Assembly (NCBI GenBank): GCA_965203325.1
Contig: OZ241875.1
Location: 576,001-640,000, forward strand
Source: a bacterium
Lineage (GTDB): Bacteria; UBA8248
DNA length: 64,000 nucleotides
Direction: 5' to 3'
Shown here: one piece after another, positions 28,543-38,210 of the stretch
Position numbering within the stretch: the stretch's first letter is position 1
Layout of the letters: each line of letters opens with the position of its first letter
Notes under the pieces: model-generated
The model's database searches: none
What the model saw: the letters and a program-made list of their open reading frames with translations, nothing else
Told to the model about the DNA's origin: nothing
Made by a program: the position numbers and the translations under genes

Positions 28543-30409
28543 GACTTCAGCACATACCGGATTGGCCGTCCAGCCAAAGAAGGCCCGTCCGACTCTGCTG
28601 CCAATCGGAATTATGGCACTGATCGGTTTGTGTGCCGTTGCATGGCTTACTCTCGCCGTTACTGAAAACTTAATCAGCCGCACAACCAAAAAGGCTGAGA
28701 TCGAAGTGCTGTCGAAGAGACTGGGAGCATTACGAAACTCTTTGAGAGATATCGAGAGCGAAGTAGAAACAAATTTGGCCAACCGAACTGTATTGCAGCA
28801 GGCTGTGGACGGGCTGACTGTCCGGAAAGAAGCTTTGTCCCGTTTCGTCCAAGAGGCACAGGCTGTCATCGACAGAGCTGAAGCGAAAAGACTTGAACAC
28901 GAGGAGCTTACCCGCGAGATAACCAAGATGAGTCGAAGTTTGAACGAGGCGAAAAAGAGTCGTAAAGAAATCGACAACCAAATAGCTTCCCAACAGCAAC
29001 GCGCAGACGACCTCAAAGTAGCGAACGAAGGCGAGGCCGATCGTCTTCAAACCATGCGCAACGATCTCAAGAGCCTGCGCAGCGAACACAACCGGACGGA
29101 AGCGGAGACGCGGGAAGCCCAACGCGGAGTGGCCGGGTTACAAGCGCGGCTCGAGGAAAAGCGGCAGCAACTAAGTATTGTGTCGAAGCAACATAACAGT
29201 GGCAGAAGGGAGCTTGGGGCACTCGAAGCGAAAATAGATGATGCGCGCACAGAGGTGCAAGCAGCCAATCGAGACGCGGGTCGTGAAAAAGCGGCGTTGG
29301 AGACTGTCCGGCACAAGCGAGAAACGCTGGCTGGTGAGGTCGCACAACTCGACTCCAAGAAATCTACTTTGAAACAAGAGATCGCAGGACTGGAACAGGA
29401 CCGGCACGACATTGCTCAGGCACGTACGAATCTCACCAAACTTCGAGCAAAGCTGGACTCTACCCAGGATCAACTACAACTTCTCCAACCGCGTATCGAA
29501 GCACTACGAGTCAAAGAGCGAATATTATCGAGCCGTATCCGCGACCTCAGTGCCCAACAAGATCGTCTAGAGAAAGTTCGTCAAAGAGTCTCTCAGGCAG
29601 AACAGGGACTGGCAAATTTAAAGGGGCAACGGGACCGCTTGGCTGCAGAGGCCAACGTCAGCCAAGGCAGGTTGAGGGGGTTGCTAGAGGACGAGGCAGA
29701 ACTCAAAGCACGAATCGCTACGTTGGAGGCCAAGCGGGATAACATCTCCAAGAAAGCTGCCGATCTGGGAAAACTACGAGCTGAATGGGACCGTTTGGCT
29801 GCGGCGACAAGTGCTGCACAGGGCAGGTTGAGGGGGTTACTAGAGGACGAGGCAGAACTCAAGGCACGAATCGCTACGTTGGAGGTCAAGCGGGATAACA
29901 CCTCCAAGAAAGCTGCCGATCTGGGAAAACTACGAGCTGAATGGGACCGTTTGGTTGCGGCGACAAGTGCTGCACAGGGCAGGTTGAGGGGGTTGTTGGA
30001 AGATGAAGCAGTACACAAAGCACGAATCGCTACGTTGGAGGCCAAGCGGGATAACACCTCCAAGAAAACTGCCGATCTGGGAAAACTACGAGCTGAATGG
30101 GACCGTTTGGTTGCGGCGACAAGTGCTGCACAGGGCAGGTTGAGGGGGCTGTTGGAAGATGAAGCGGTACACAAAGCACGAATTTCCAAGCTGGAACCAA
30201 AACGGGATGCTCTCGCAAAGCAAATTAGTGATCTTGAAACTCAACGAGATAGCTTTGCCGCAAAGGTCAATGTAGAACAAAGACAATTGGATAATTTACG
30301 TACAAAGGAAGCGAAGCTCAAGGAACAAATCGTCACATTGGAAAAACGCCATACCGATCTCAACAAGAAGAAACCGCCAGTCGTGCCTGGCGAAGCGCAA
30401 CAGAGGTAA
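28511..30409 (+). CDS. Membrane-anchored long coiled-coil protein with 52-aa tandem repeats
   Basis: Hydrophobic LLPIGIMALIGLCAVAWLTLAV segment, then E/K/R/L/A-rich heptads; TTG start after GGAGGG assumed (alternative ATG 28613). Confidence 0.75.
   Translation: MSESTESSKGKTSAHTGLAVQPKKARPTLLPIGIMALIGLCAVAWLTLAVTENLISRTTKKAEIEVLSKRLGALRNSLRDIESEVETNLANRTVLQQAVDGLTVRKEALSRFVQEAQAVIDRAEAKRLEHEELTREITKMSRSLNEAKKSRKEIDNQIASQQQRADDLKVANEGEADRLQTMRNDLKSLRSEHNRTEAETREAQRGVAGLQARLEEKRQQLSIVSKQHNSGRRELGALEAKIDDARTEVQAANRDAGREKAALETVRHKRETLAGEVAQLDSKKSTLKQEIAGLEQDRHDIAQARTNLTKLRAKLDSTQDQLQLLQPRIEALRVKERILSSRIRDLSAQQDRLEKVRQRVSQAEQGLANLKGQRDRLAAEANVSQGRLRGLLEDEAELKARIATLEAKRDNISKKAADLGKLRAEWDRLAAATSAAQGRLRGLLEDEAELKARIATLEVKRDNTSKKAADLGKLRAEWDRLVAATSAAQGRLRGLLEDEAVHKARIATLEAKRDNTSKKTADLGKLRAEWDRLVAATSAAQGRLRGLLEDEAVHKARISKLEPKRDALAKQISDLETQRDSFAAKVNVEQRQLDNLRTKEAKLKEQIVTLEKRHTDLNKKKPPVVPGEAQQR
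29631..30185 (+). repeat. 156-bp in-frame tandem repeat, about 3.5 copies
   Basis: GGCAGGTTGAGGGG recurs at 29666, 29822, 29978 and 30134. Confidence 0.95.
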
Positions 30410-30438
30410 CGGCAATTTAAGACTTGAGAGGAATAGCG

Positions 30439-32559
30439 ATGAATTGGTTTCTTGATCCCGAGGTGATTTCGCTCTTAATCGCAATCCTAGCTATTGTTAG
30501 CGTCCTTGGGCTAGCTTTCGCTTATGGCGTGCGCTACCGCCTCGCTTGGGCGCAGTTGCCGGCCGCGGCCCGCGACGCTGAATTAGCAACCCTGATCATG
30601 CAGCGAGAGACAGAACTATTGGATAAGGAGCAGAGGTTAGAGCGGCTCGACGAGCAGATCCACGATCACGAGAGCAAACTTTTGGAACGTGACCAACTAG
30701 AAGCGGAGGCGGAATACTGGAAATCCCAGATCGAGGCCTTGAAGGCTGAATACGCCGGACTCGACTCGTTGCGCTCTGAAATCGAAGAGGTTCGTGAACG
30801 CTACCGGCAGGAGATCGAGAATTTGGCTGACGCTGAAAGACAAGCTCGCGAAGCCAAGGGTGAATCAGAGGATGCGCGCATGCGCGTGGTCGAAGCGGAA
30901 CGCCGACTAGCCCAGATTGCCGACGAAGACAGCCGCCTGCGTGAAGCTCAGAATGATTTGGTTAAGGCGATGGACGAAACGGAAGCCAAACTCACCATCA
31001 TAAAGGCCGAGTACGCCACGGAGCAGGATGCGCTGGAGCGCGCCCAAGACCGGGTCGCCAAGCTCGATCGTGAAGCAACATCGCTTGAAGCTCGGCAGAG
31101 AGAGTTACGTGATGAACTCCGCCAAGACGAGAACCGGCTGGAATCCGTCAAGGCCGAACTGCAGGCGTTAACGCCGCAACGCCAAGAGTTGACCGAAGTC
31201 CAAGATTCCATTGAAATCGCTGAGCGGGAATTGAAGGATAAGCGTGAAACTTTGTTTCGTCTGGAATCTGAGGAGGCATGGCTGAACGCCCAAATTGTCC
31301 GCAAACGGGATGAAGCAAGTGACAGTGAAGGACCAGACACCTTACTTGATGATCTCCTCAGACCGCCAGCTTGTTTGGCAACCAGAGACGATGACGGGAC
31401 TGACACAGTAGTTCTGGCGAACCAACAATCCCAGGAAACGGAACTGGAAGCACTGCGAAGGGTTCGCGGACATCTGGAGGAAAGCGGAATTTTCTTCAGC
31501 GAGCGTGTGATCAATGCGTTCCACACCAGTCTGAAGACCGCGGTCGTCTCGCCACTCACTGTGCTGGCTGGTGTCAGCGGAACAGGCAAGAGTCAATTGC
31601 CGCGCTTCTACGCCGATGCGATAGGCATGCATTTCCTTAAGATTCCGGTTCAGCCGCGCTGGGATGCTCCACAGGATTTATTTGGCTTCTATAACTATAT
31701 TGAGCAGCGCTACAAGGCGACAGACCTTTCGCGAGCGTTGGTTCATATGGACTCCCACAATTGGCCTAAGGAAGCGGAGAGATTCACTGACCGCGTGCTC
31801 CTCGTCCTCTTGGACGAGATGAATCTAGCTCGAGTTGAGTACTACTTCTCCGAATTTCTAAGCCGCTTGGAGGGCCGCCCGCTCGATGGCGATGCTAGCA
31901 ATCACGATATCCGCCGCCCGTCTGAAATCGAGATCGATGTCAGTCAAAAAGGCCAGACAAAACGGGTTTATGCCGGCCAAAACATTCTCTTCGTTGGGAC
32001 GATGAATGAGGATGAGTCGACTTTATCCCTGTCAGACAAGGTGTTGGACCGGGCAAATGTTTTGCGTTTTCCAAAACCGGACGAGCTTAAGTCGAATCTA
32101 CCGACGGCAGGCGAGCAGCACCAGTCACAAGGTTACCTGCCCAAGTCGCGCTGGACACAAGAGTGGATGCGTAGTGAGAAGAATATGGACACAACCGTAT
32201 TGAATTTGTCGTCCAGCATTGTCGAGGACATTAATGGAATTATGGACTCCATGGGACGGCCGTTTGGTCACCGTATGGGCCAAGCAATATTACATTACGT
32301 GGCGAACTATCCTTCCGATCTTAACCAGTACAACTCTCTGAAGGCTGTTAATATGGCAATGTGCGATCAAATAGAACTGAGAATTCTCCCGAGGTTGCGT
32401 GGCGTCCTAGTAGAGGAGAATCGCACCCATCTAATTCAACTCATCGATGTTGTAAAGACATTGGAGGATGACTCGCTAGCGAAAGCGATCGATCATGCTA
32501 TACAGCGCTCGCGCGACACTAACGGCCTGTTTGTCTGGCGTGGGCACACCAGAGAATAA
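30439..32559 (+). CDS. McrB-like AAA+ GTPase (NxD type) with N-terminal TM helix and coiled coil
   Basis: TM ISLLIAILAIVSVLGLAFAYGV; Walker A GVSGTGKS, Walker B LLDEMNLARVEYYFS, GTMNEDE, SDKVLDRAN. Confidence 0.9.
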   Translation: MNWFLDPEVISLLIAILAIVSVLGLAFAYGVRYRLAWAQLPAAARDAELATLIMQRETELLDKEQRLERLDEQIHDHESKLLERDQLEAEAEYWKSQIEALKAEYAGLDSLRSEIEEVRERYRQEIENLADAERQAREAKGESEDARMRVVEAERRLAQIADEDSRLREAQNDLVKAMDETEAKLTIIKAEYATEQDALERAQDRVAKLDREATSLEARQRELRDELRQDENRLESVKAELQALTPQRQELTEVQDSIEIAERELKDKRETLFRLESEEAWLNAQIVRKRDEASDSEGPDTLLDDLLRPPACLATRDDDGTDTVVLANQQSQETELEALRRVRGHLEESGIFFSERVINAFHTSLKTAVVSPLTVLAGVSGTGKSQLPRFYADAIGMHFLKIPVQPRWDAPQDLFGFYNYIEQRYKATDLSRALVHMDSHNWPKEAERFTDRVLLVLLDEMNLARVEYYFSEFLSRLEGRPLDGDASNHDIRRPSEIEIDVSQKGQTKRVYAGQNILFVGTMNEDESTLSLSDKVLDRANVLRFPKPDELKSNLPTAGEQHQSQGYLPKSRWTQEWMRSEKNMDTTVLNLSSSIVEDINGIMDSMGRPFGHRMGQAILHYVANYPSDLNQYNSLKAVNMAMCDQIELRILPRLRGVLVEENRTHLIQLIDVVKTLEDDSLAKAIDHAIQRSRDTNGLFVWRGHTRE

Positions 32560-32570
32560 AATTCCGAGTT

Positions 32571-34178
32571 ATGGCGACTCCAGACCTGATCTTTTTGCGA
32601 TTGCCTTGGGGCCTCATCGGGGGCCCCGGGACACGGCGGAACATTCCTGCTCCCGCGGTCGTACAGGAAAGCGGCCGCGTCGCCCCCCTACTGTGTAGTC
32701 GTGACGAACGGACCATTCTGCTCAACGGTGATGAGTTCCAGGGCGAATTATTCGTCGAAACCCAGACGCGTTTTGGCGAAAAACAGCGAGTCTGGGAAAT
32801 TCCAATCCCGCTGCACGATTACGAGTCCCAGACCCTGCGTTTCCACTCTTGGGACCGCGACGCTCCGATCGAGTGGCAGCACCGTGTCAGTTGTCCGTCA
32901 AACAGCCCTTCGGTCTCTGAGGACGATGAAGACCAGATGGGAGTTGGAAGCCTCATTGTCCATTTTTTGCAGACCATTGTCGCACGGATGCAGGATTTCG
33001 AGATTGCCTTAACAACCGGGCAGGATTCGTGGGATCATGTTCTCGAACTCTGGCTCGATCCAGAAGTGCCGCGTGAGCCTACAATGGATATCCTGGTGCG
33101 ACACGCGCGTGAATACCAGGCCACCTGGACCGATATCGCTGAGCATCCAAGACGATTGCTGAATCGTAGCCGCGAGCTCGTGGCTATTTCACGTGTGCAA
33201 GAAATTGATGTGCAGTGCATGCAATGGTTGTCACGCCAACCTGGTGAAACATTGGCGCAACGAGCGGGGGATCGGCAGCGTATTCTAGCGCTGGCTCGCC
33301 ATGAAAACCGAAATACTCTCGAGAATCGCATTTTCCTTGATCTCATGGTTCGGAGTGCAGCCGCAGCGCGGGACTACCTCGCTATGAACAAAGGTCGTTC
33401 GGTCACGTCGAGGACTCAATCGATTGAACGATACAAACGGGAGTGCCTCAATCTCATTATTGAGCTTAACGCTCAGGGCGTGTGGCGCCAGATTGAGCCG
33501 GTCCAACCCAATTATGTCCTGTTATACGATGAACGCTATCGTCATGTCTGGACTGCGCGGCAAGAAATCATCCAACGTGAACGGGCTGCGGACAATCTTT
33601 GGCGCTGGCAGCATCGGTCTTGGGCGGAGTTCTGCAAATCGGTGGTCGCCGTTTCCATGCTTTGGATTTCCGGTGCCGAGCGCTGCTTTGCCACGCCGTT
33701 GTTCGTGGCAAACGAGCATCAGCGCGGACAATGGCTAATCCATGATGATCCGATGATCGTCATCGCCCATTGGCAAAAGGGGTGGGTTGTGGAGCTGTTA
33801 TCAGGCAATTCGGATGATGTGTCCACTAAAAAACGCAAACTTTGCGCATCATTTTGGCTACGCTACACCAATTTGCGCGGCGGGGATTACACTTATATTG
33901 CAGTCTGGGCCGTTCATGGGTTGGACGGAGCGTTGGATCTACGCGAACTTGTTGACTCCGCTAACGAGGCGTTGGAAATGCTCCGTGACCGCAGCCACCT
34001 CGCCGGCGGAATCGTATTGGCTTCGAATGTCAACCCAAATTCCGTGAGTAGAACTGAACAGGCGCAGTTTGTATCGGGTTGCATGTTCGGTCCATATGAC
34101 AAACAACTAACCGACGCACTCGAGCATTTGGGCTATTACATTCAGAACTGGATCGAGGCTTCGTCGTGCGACCATTGA
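32571..34178 (+). CDS. DUF2357-containing McrC-like protein
   Basis: NTLENR, PNYVLLYDERY and WAEFC motifs; directly follows the McrB-like gene. Confidence 0.8.
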   Translation: MATPDLIFLRLPWGLIGGPGTRRNIPAPAVVQESGRVAPLLCSRDERTILLNGDEFQGELFVETQTRFGEKQRVWEIPIPLHDYESQTLRFHSWDRDAPIEWQHRVSCPSNSPSVSEDDEDQMGVGSLIVHFLQTIVARMQDFEIALTTGQDSWDHVLELWLDPEVPREPTMDILVRHAREYQATWTDIAEHPRRLLNRSRELVAISRVQEIDVQCMQWLSRQPGETLAQRAGDRQRILALARHENRNTLENRIFLDLMVRSAAAARDYLAMNKGRSVTSRTQSIERYKRECLNLIIELNAQGVWRQIEPVQPNYVLLYDERYRHVWTARQEIIQRERAADNLWRWQHRSWAEFCKSVVAVSMLWISGAERCFATPLFVANEHQRGQWLIHDDPMIVIAHWQKGWVVELLSGNSDDVSTKKRKLCASFWLRYTNLRGGDYTYIAVWAVHGLDGALDLRELVDSANEALEMLRDRSHLAGGIVLASNVNPNSVSRTEQAQFVSGCMFGPYDKQLTDALEHLGYYIQNWIEASSCDH

Positions 34179-36721
34179 TTGGCGTTGATTTGAACGGGGT
34201 TTGCGACTGGCTGGCGAGACTCAAGGCTGACGATGAGCAGGAGTACATCAATCTCGGTGTTCGCGGTGGTATAATCCGCCTCCAGGCGCAGGATGATCTG
34301 TGGTTGGCCGGGATGCAGAATGAATTCGCGCCTCATGGTCGCGGCTTAGGCTGGGGGAAACTGGGTTCCAGCGACAATCGGGTCGAGATGCTGAAGATGC
34401 TGGAGATAATTAACTCCTCGGAACCCGACGACCGAATCAGAAACGCAGTAACCTCCTCTTTACCTAGCCTCTTTGGTGACAGCGATCTCACGGTTTTTGC
34501 AGTTCCGGACATTCCAGCTTATGGAGAGGACTTCCGCGACCGACTACTCCGTCTACTGAATCTTGTCACCGGGCTGCGGCCTTTGCTGCTTTGGCGGCCA
34601 GTAGCGGCTCTTTTGGGCCACATTGCCAAAGCTCCTCAGGTTTTTCGCCCCGGTCTTGATATCGCGGTCTTATCGCTCATGGCGGATGGAATTCACCTGT
34701 CTTCTCTATCCCTGGAAAACCACGAAGGCAGTCCACTGCTAGTTCCGGTGCGAAACAAGTCCGGTCGACAAGCCTGCGGCTCCTTTCGCGGCGAGAGCTT
34801 GGTGGAGGATGCTCGAAGTCGCCTTGTTCGCTTATCTTCTTTGTCTGCCGAGGAAATTGAGGCATCTGCAATGGCACCTTGGCGCTTTGCAATAGGCGCG
34901 GAACAACAGCAAGAACTTATCCGGTTGACCGACGACCGCGGTTGGTTGAAGCTTCCGGATCTCGATTATAGTTCTCCATTCCCGGAAAAGATGGACTTGC
35001 CAGATAATTTCTTGGATAGCCTCCGTACGGTGCAAGCCCTACTGATCGAGGGACCATTTGCTGGTAACGAGGCATGGCGCGAGAACGTAGTAGCAGCATT
35101 GAAGGCGCATGTGAATCTGCCGACCTATATCGATACGTTGGACAGAACCACCGTTGCTCTAGGATGTTTGGAAGCGGCGAAACGGCATCGTATTGGTCAG
35201 CCGATATACTATGACTTTCTTCCCCAGCTTGAAATTAACGCGATGGTAGGAAACACCCCACAATTCGTCGACTTGATCGAACCTGGCGCTCGATGCCAAG
35301 GCGGGGAGCCCTTCTTTGCCGATGCGCCTGGGGAGTATGTCATAGACACGGGTGCGACGCGTCTCACCTTCTGGCTCTTCAAGGAAGATTTTGGGCCTGA
35401 GCGCCCCCGTAAGGCCGAAATAGAACTGCCAGTAGAAGCCGAGCAGCGATATGAACTTTCCGTTTCGGTCAAACAGACGCCGGGCCAAGGATTCGCAGAA
35501 GTGCAAATTTCGTCGTCTGAATTCGAGGCTCTCCGAAGATCCCCCATTACACTCGATTGGGCGAGTATGGAAGAGATCAATTTATCTCGTGAAGAAATCA
35601 TGAAGGAATTGGAAGATCAATCCCAAATTGGTCGTCGCTGGCCAGACATCGACGTCAAGCCCGGTCACCCTATTTTGTGGCTGGATGTACATCCTAAGGG
35701 AAACCTCATAGAACAGTTGGCGGCATATCGTACGAGTCCCTTGATGCGAAACTTCGAGATCGATCCGTGTGCAACATTACGCCTAAAAACTTTACGGGAA
35801 CGGTTCAGCAAGCCCGACACTCCCTCTTTTCTTGGCTCTAGGATAGGGTTAGACGTACAAGAACGCGGCAGTTTTCGCGCTCTCGATAGTAACGGGGAGT
35901 TACCTAAACCGACGAGTAACCTTCAGGTCCCGGAGCATACAGGCAAGGAATTGGATAAGACACTGCACAAATGTGAGAAAGATCTAGCCGTTCTCCAACA
36001 TAGTTTTGGTGAAAGGATAAAAAAGACGATTTTGGGTGATATTCTCGGTTTTGCCAGTTGGTGCTTCTGGCGTTGTCCGTCTAATATTGCCGAGGTATTT
36101 CTGGGCACATACGAAGGTAAGTTCTCATATGATATTAACCCCATCCTGCTTCGTGAAGGAGTGGCGCGCGTGGTTTGCAAGCCTAACGAACTGAAGCGCT
36201 ATTTTAAGGCTCTGGAAATACGGCTCACGAAAATAGGGCGCATCACAGCGGCAGAATACGCGGGCCTCGCCCGTGTGCTTGGAACCTCAGAAGAAGCAGC
36301 GGTCATCCTCGGTCCGGCGCTTGCAGACCGCATTGGAAATCTGACAGTCACAGATATTGCGGATGAAAACAACAAAGACATCAAAACGGCTTATAAAAAA
36401 CGATTCAAAGCGGCGCTGTTGATGCTGGCTGCACTACTGCGACACCGAAAAAAGCGCGAGGACTTTCTATATCCAGCAACCAAAGTCGCCCGACAGCTTC
36501 TCGAGAAACTGGACAGTGCGAAGGATCGCAACCGCCAATTCGCCGAAAAAAACAAACGATTGGCTTCTCGTGTCCAAGGAGATCTCAGGAGGAGGCGACT
36601 CGCTGCGGCGAAACGCATGGACAATAATGCCAAGATCATTTCCGAACTCAAGGAGTACATCCACCTCAAAGGTCAAGACCCGAATATTATCCGGCGCATC
36701 GATATGCTTGATGAAGAATGA
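34166..36721 (+). CDS. Divergent Hsp70/actin-fold protein with C-terminal helical extension
   Basis: IGVDLNG, FAVPD, LLWRPVAA, LLIEGP, VALG, YDFLPQLEI occur in the same order as DnaK GIDLGT/ITVPA/INEPTAA/LVGG/VALGA/LDVTPLSL. Confidence 0.7.
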   Translation: MRPLIGVDLNGVCDWLARLKADDEQEYINLGVRGGIIRLQAQDDLWLAGMQNEFAPHGRGLGWGKLGSSDNRVEMLKMLEIINSSEPDDRIRNAVTSSLPSLFGDSDLTVFAVPDIPAYGEDFRDRLLRLLNLVTGLRPLLLWRPVAALLGHIAKAPQVFRPGLDIAVLSLMADGIHLSSLSLENHEGSPLLVPVRNKSGRQACGSFRGESLVEDARSRLVRLSSLSAEEIEASAMAPWRFAIGAEQQQELIRLTDDRGWLKLPDLDYSSPFPEKMDLPDNFLDSLRTVQALLIEGPFAGNEAWRENVVAALKAHVNLPTYIDTLDRTTVALGCLEAAKRHRIGQPIYYDFLPQLEINAMVGNTPQFVDLIEPGARCQGGEPFFADAPGEYVIDTGATRLTFWLFKEDFGPERPRKAEIELPVEAEQRYELSVSVKQTPGQGFAEVQISSSEFEALRRSPITLDWASMEEINLSREEIMKELEDQSQIGRRWPDIDVKPGHPILWLDVHPKGNLIEQLAAYRTSPLMRNFEIDPCATLRLKTLRERFSKPDTPSFLGSRIGLDVQERGSFRALDSNGELPKPTSNLQVPEHTGKELDKTLHKCEKDLAVLQHSFGERIKKTILGDILGFASWCFWRCPSNIAEVFLGTYEGKFSYDINPILLREGVARVVCKPNELKRYFKALEIRLTKIGRITAAEYAGLARVLGTSEEAAVILGPALADRIGNLTVTDIADENNKDIKTAYKKRFKAALLMLAALLRHRKKREDFLYPATKVARQLLEKLDSAKDRNRQFAEKNKRLASRVQGDLRRRRLAAAKRMDNNAKIISELKEYIHLKGQDPNIIRRIDMLDEE

Positions 36722-36940
36722 AGACTATCGAATATGCAAGTATGGAATAAACACTTCCTCCCACAAAAGTATTGAGATGTTCGATACAGGATTCTTGATT
36801 TGGAAATTGTCAGAGCATCTGTATAAGGACCACGATTTTCTCTCCTCGCCTAGTGGTATTGGTTCCTATTCCCCTCAGACCGGAATCGATATTCACCGAG
36901 TAGGAGAGATTGTCGTGGCCTTGAACCAGGAGAACCCGCT

Positions 36941-37290
36941 TTATTTCTCTGAAGACATTGCCCGTGCGATCAAGGCCCCGACCTTCTCCGCCGCCTCGAC
37001 GAGATGCCCGTCGGCGAGGTGCGCATAGCCCGCGGTGGTGCGGTGCCGCCGATGCCCGAGCAGCGCGCCGACCAGAGGCAAGTTCTCGCCCGACATAACA
37101 GCATGGCTGGCCATGGTGTGACGAAGGTCGTGGAGCCGCAACCTGCCGAGGTCCGCATCCTCGCACAACGCCCTTCAGCAGTTGCGAAAGGATAGTATCC
37201 CCGTCCATTGGCGTAGTCTGGAAATAGAAACCTGTCCGGAGAGCGCTCACCAGGCATGGCATCGATGATCGCCCTGGCGCCCCGGTCGCG
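36941..37290 (-). pseudogene. C-terminal fragment of a tyrosine recombinase/integrase, frameshifted
   Basis: LRLHDLRHTMAS...LLGH...TTAGYAHL; upstream 'DRFLFP' part lies in another frame; 5' limit approximate. Confidence 0.85.
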
Positions 37291-37620
37291 CGGCGCGGGT
37301 TTGCGAGAGAGGTTTCGGGGTGGCTACGCCGAGGGATACCGGCTTCTTGGGCGAAGAGGGTGGCGAGGAGTGTGTGAACGAGTCCTGCAAGGACGAAGGC
37401 CCTAGTGCTGCAGGGTGGATTGGGATTCGTCAAGGGTGCACTTCAGGGGTTGTGGGTTCCGCCCGGTCCTTTCCGCCAGGCTCCCGCACCCACGCCGTCT
37501 CCCTCCTCGTCCTCTGCAAGGTGCTTACCCGGCGTGCGATGAGGCGGCACAATCCTGTCTCATCGTCCTCTTTGCGCATACGCGCGATCACATATGGTTC
37601 AATTCAGTAAGGAACGCGGA

Positions 37621-37883
37621 ATGAGGTAATTGGATATTGCGGCCCACGTCGCAGATCGGGGCTCGCTGTCGAAAGACTAGCAGTGAATGCGCTTTTCGAG
37701 GCCATCCAGGGTGCTCTAGTGAACGGGGAGATGGTCTCCATACCGGAATACGGAACGTTCTCGACGAGGAACTGGCTGGCGCGGAGTGGACAAAACCCCC
37801 GCACGGAGAAGAACATCGACATGGCCGCCGCAAAGATGCCGTTCTTCAAGGCCAGCAAGGCCCTGCGGAACGCGGTGTGCTAG
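37621..37883 (+). pseudogene. HU/IHF-family DNA-binding protein pseudogene
   Basis: YGTF...ARSGQNPRT...PFFKASKALR; ATG 37621 is followed by TAA at codon 3 and a frameshift near 37680. Confidence 0.8.
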
Positions 37884-38210
37884 CGTTCGATCGGATTAGA
37901 GCAGGGGTGCGGGCCGGTTCGAACTACAATGTCTACAAAATAGCTGGCTAAAACCGACACCTTCTTCAATTTTGCTCCACCATTTTACAGGTGTGAGTGG
38001 GTGGCACGAAACCGGTATAACCGTTGTTAGTCTCAAGAAAATTGACTGGAATAACAATAAACTATACAAGAAGCTGCCGCTCGCGGTGGAATATTCGAAA
38101 TATTTTACTGGTCATTAGTAACAGAACCTAAGCATCGTTTACACGGCCTAAAATTTCAGGAACTCCATGTAGATCAAGACAATCGTCGGATAGTTGGCAG
38201 TGGAGGGACC

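Noticed and set aside
29631..30185. Possible CRISPR array
   Set aside because: Contiguous 156-bp in-frame coding repeats without unique spacers; no cas genes or CRISPR array seen in the window.
36711..37028. ORF overlapping the Hsp70-like stop as an extra system gene
   Set aside because: No recognisable motif and it runs antisense into the integrase fragment.
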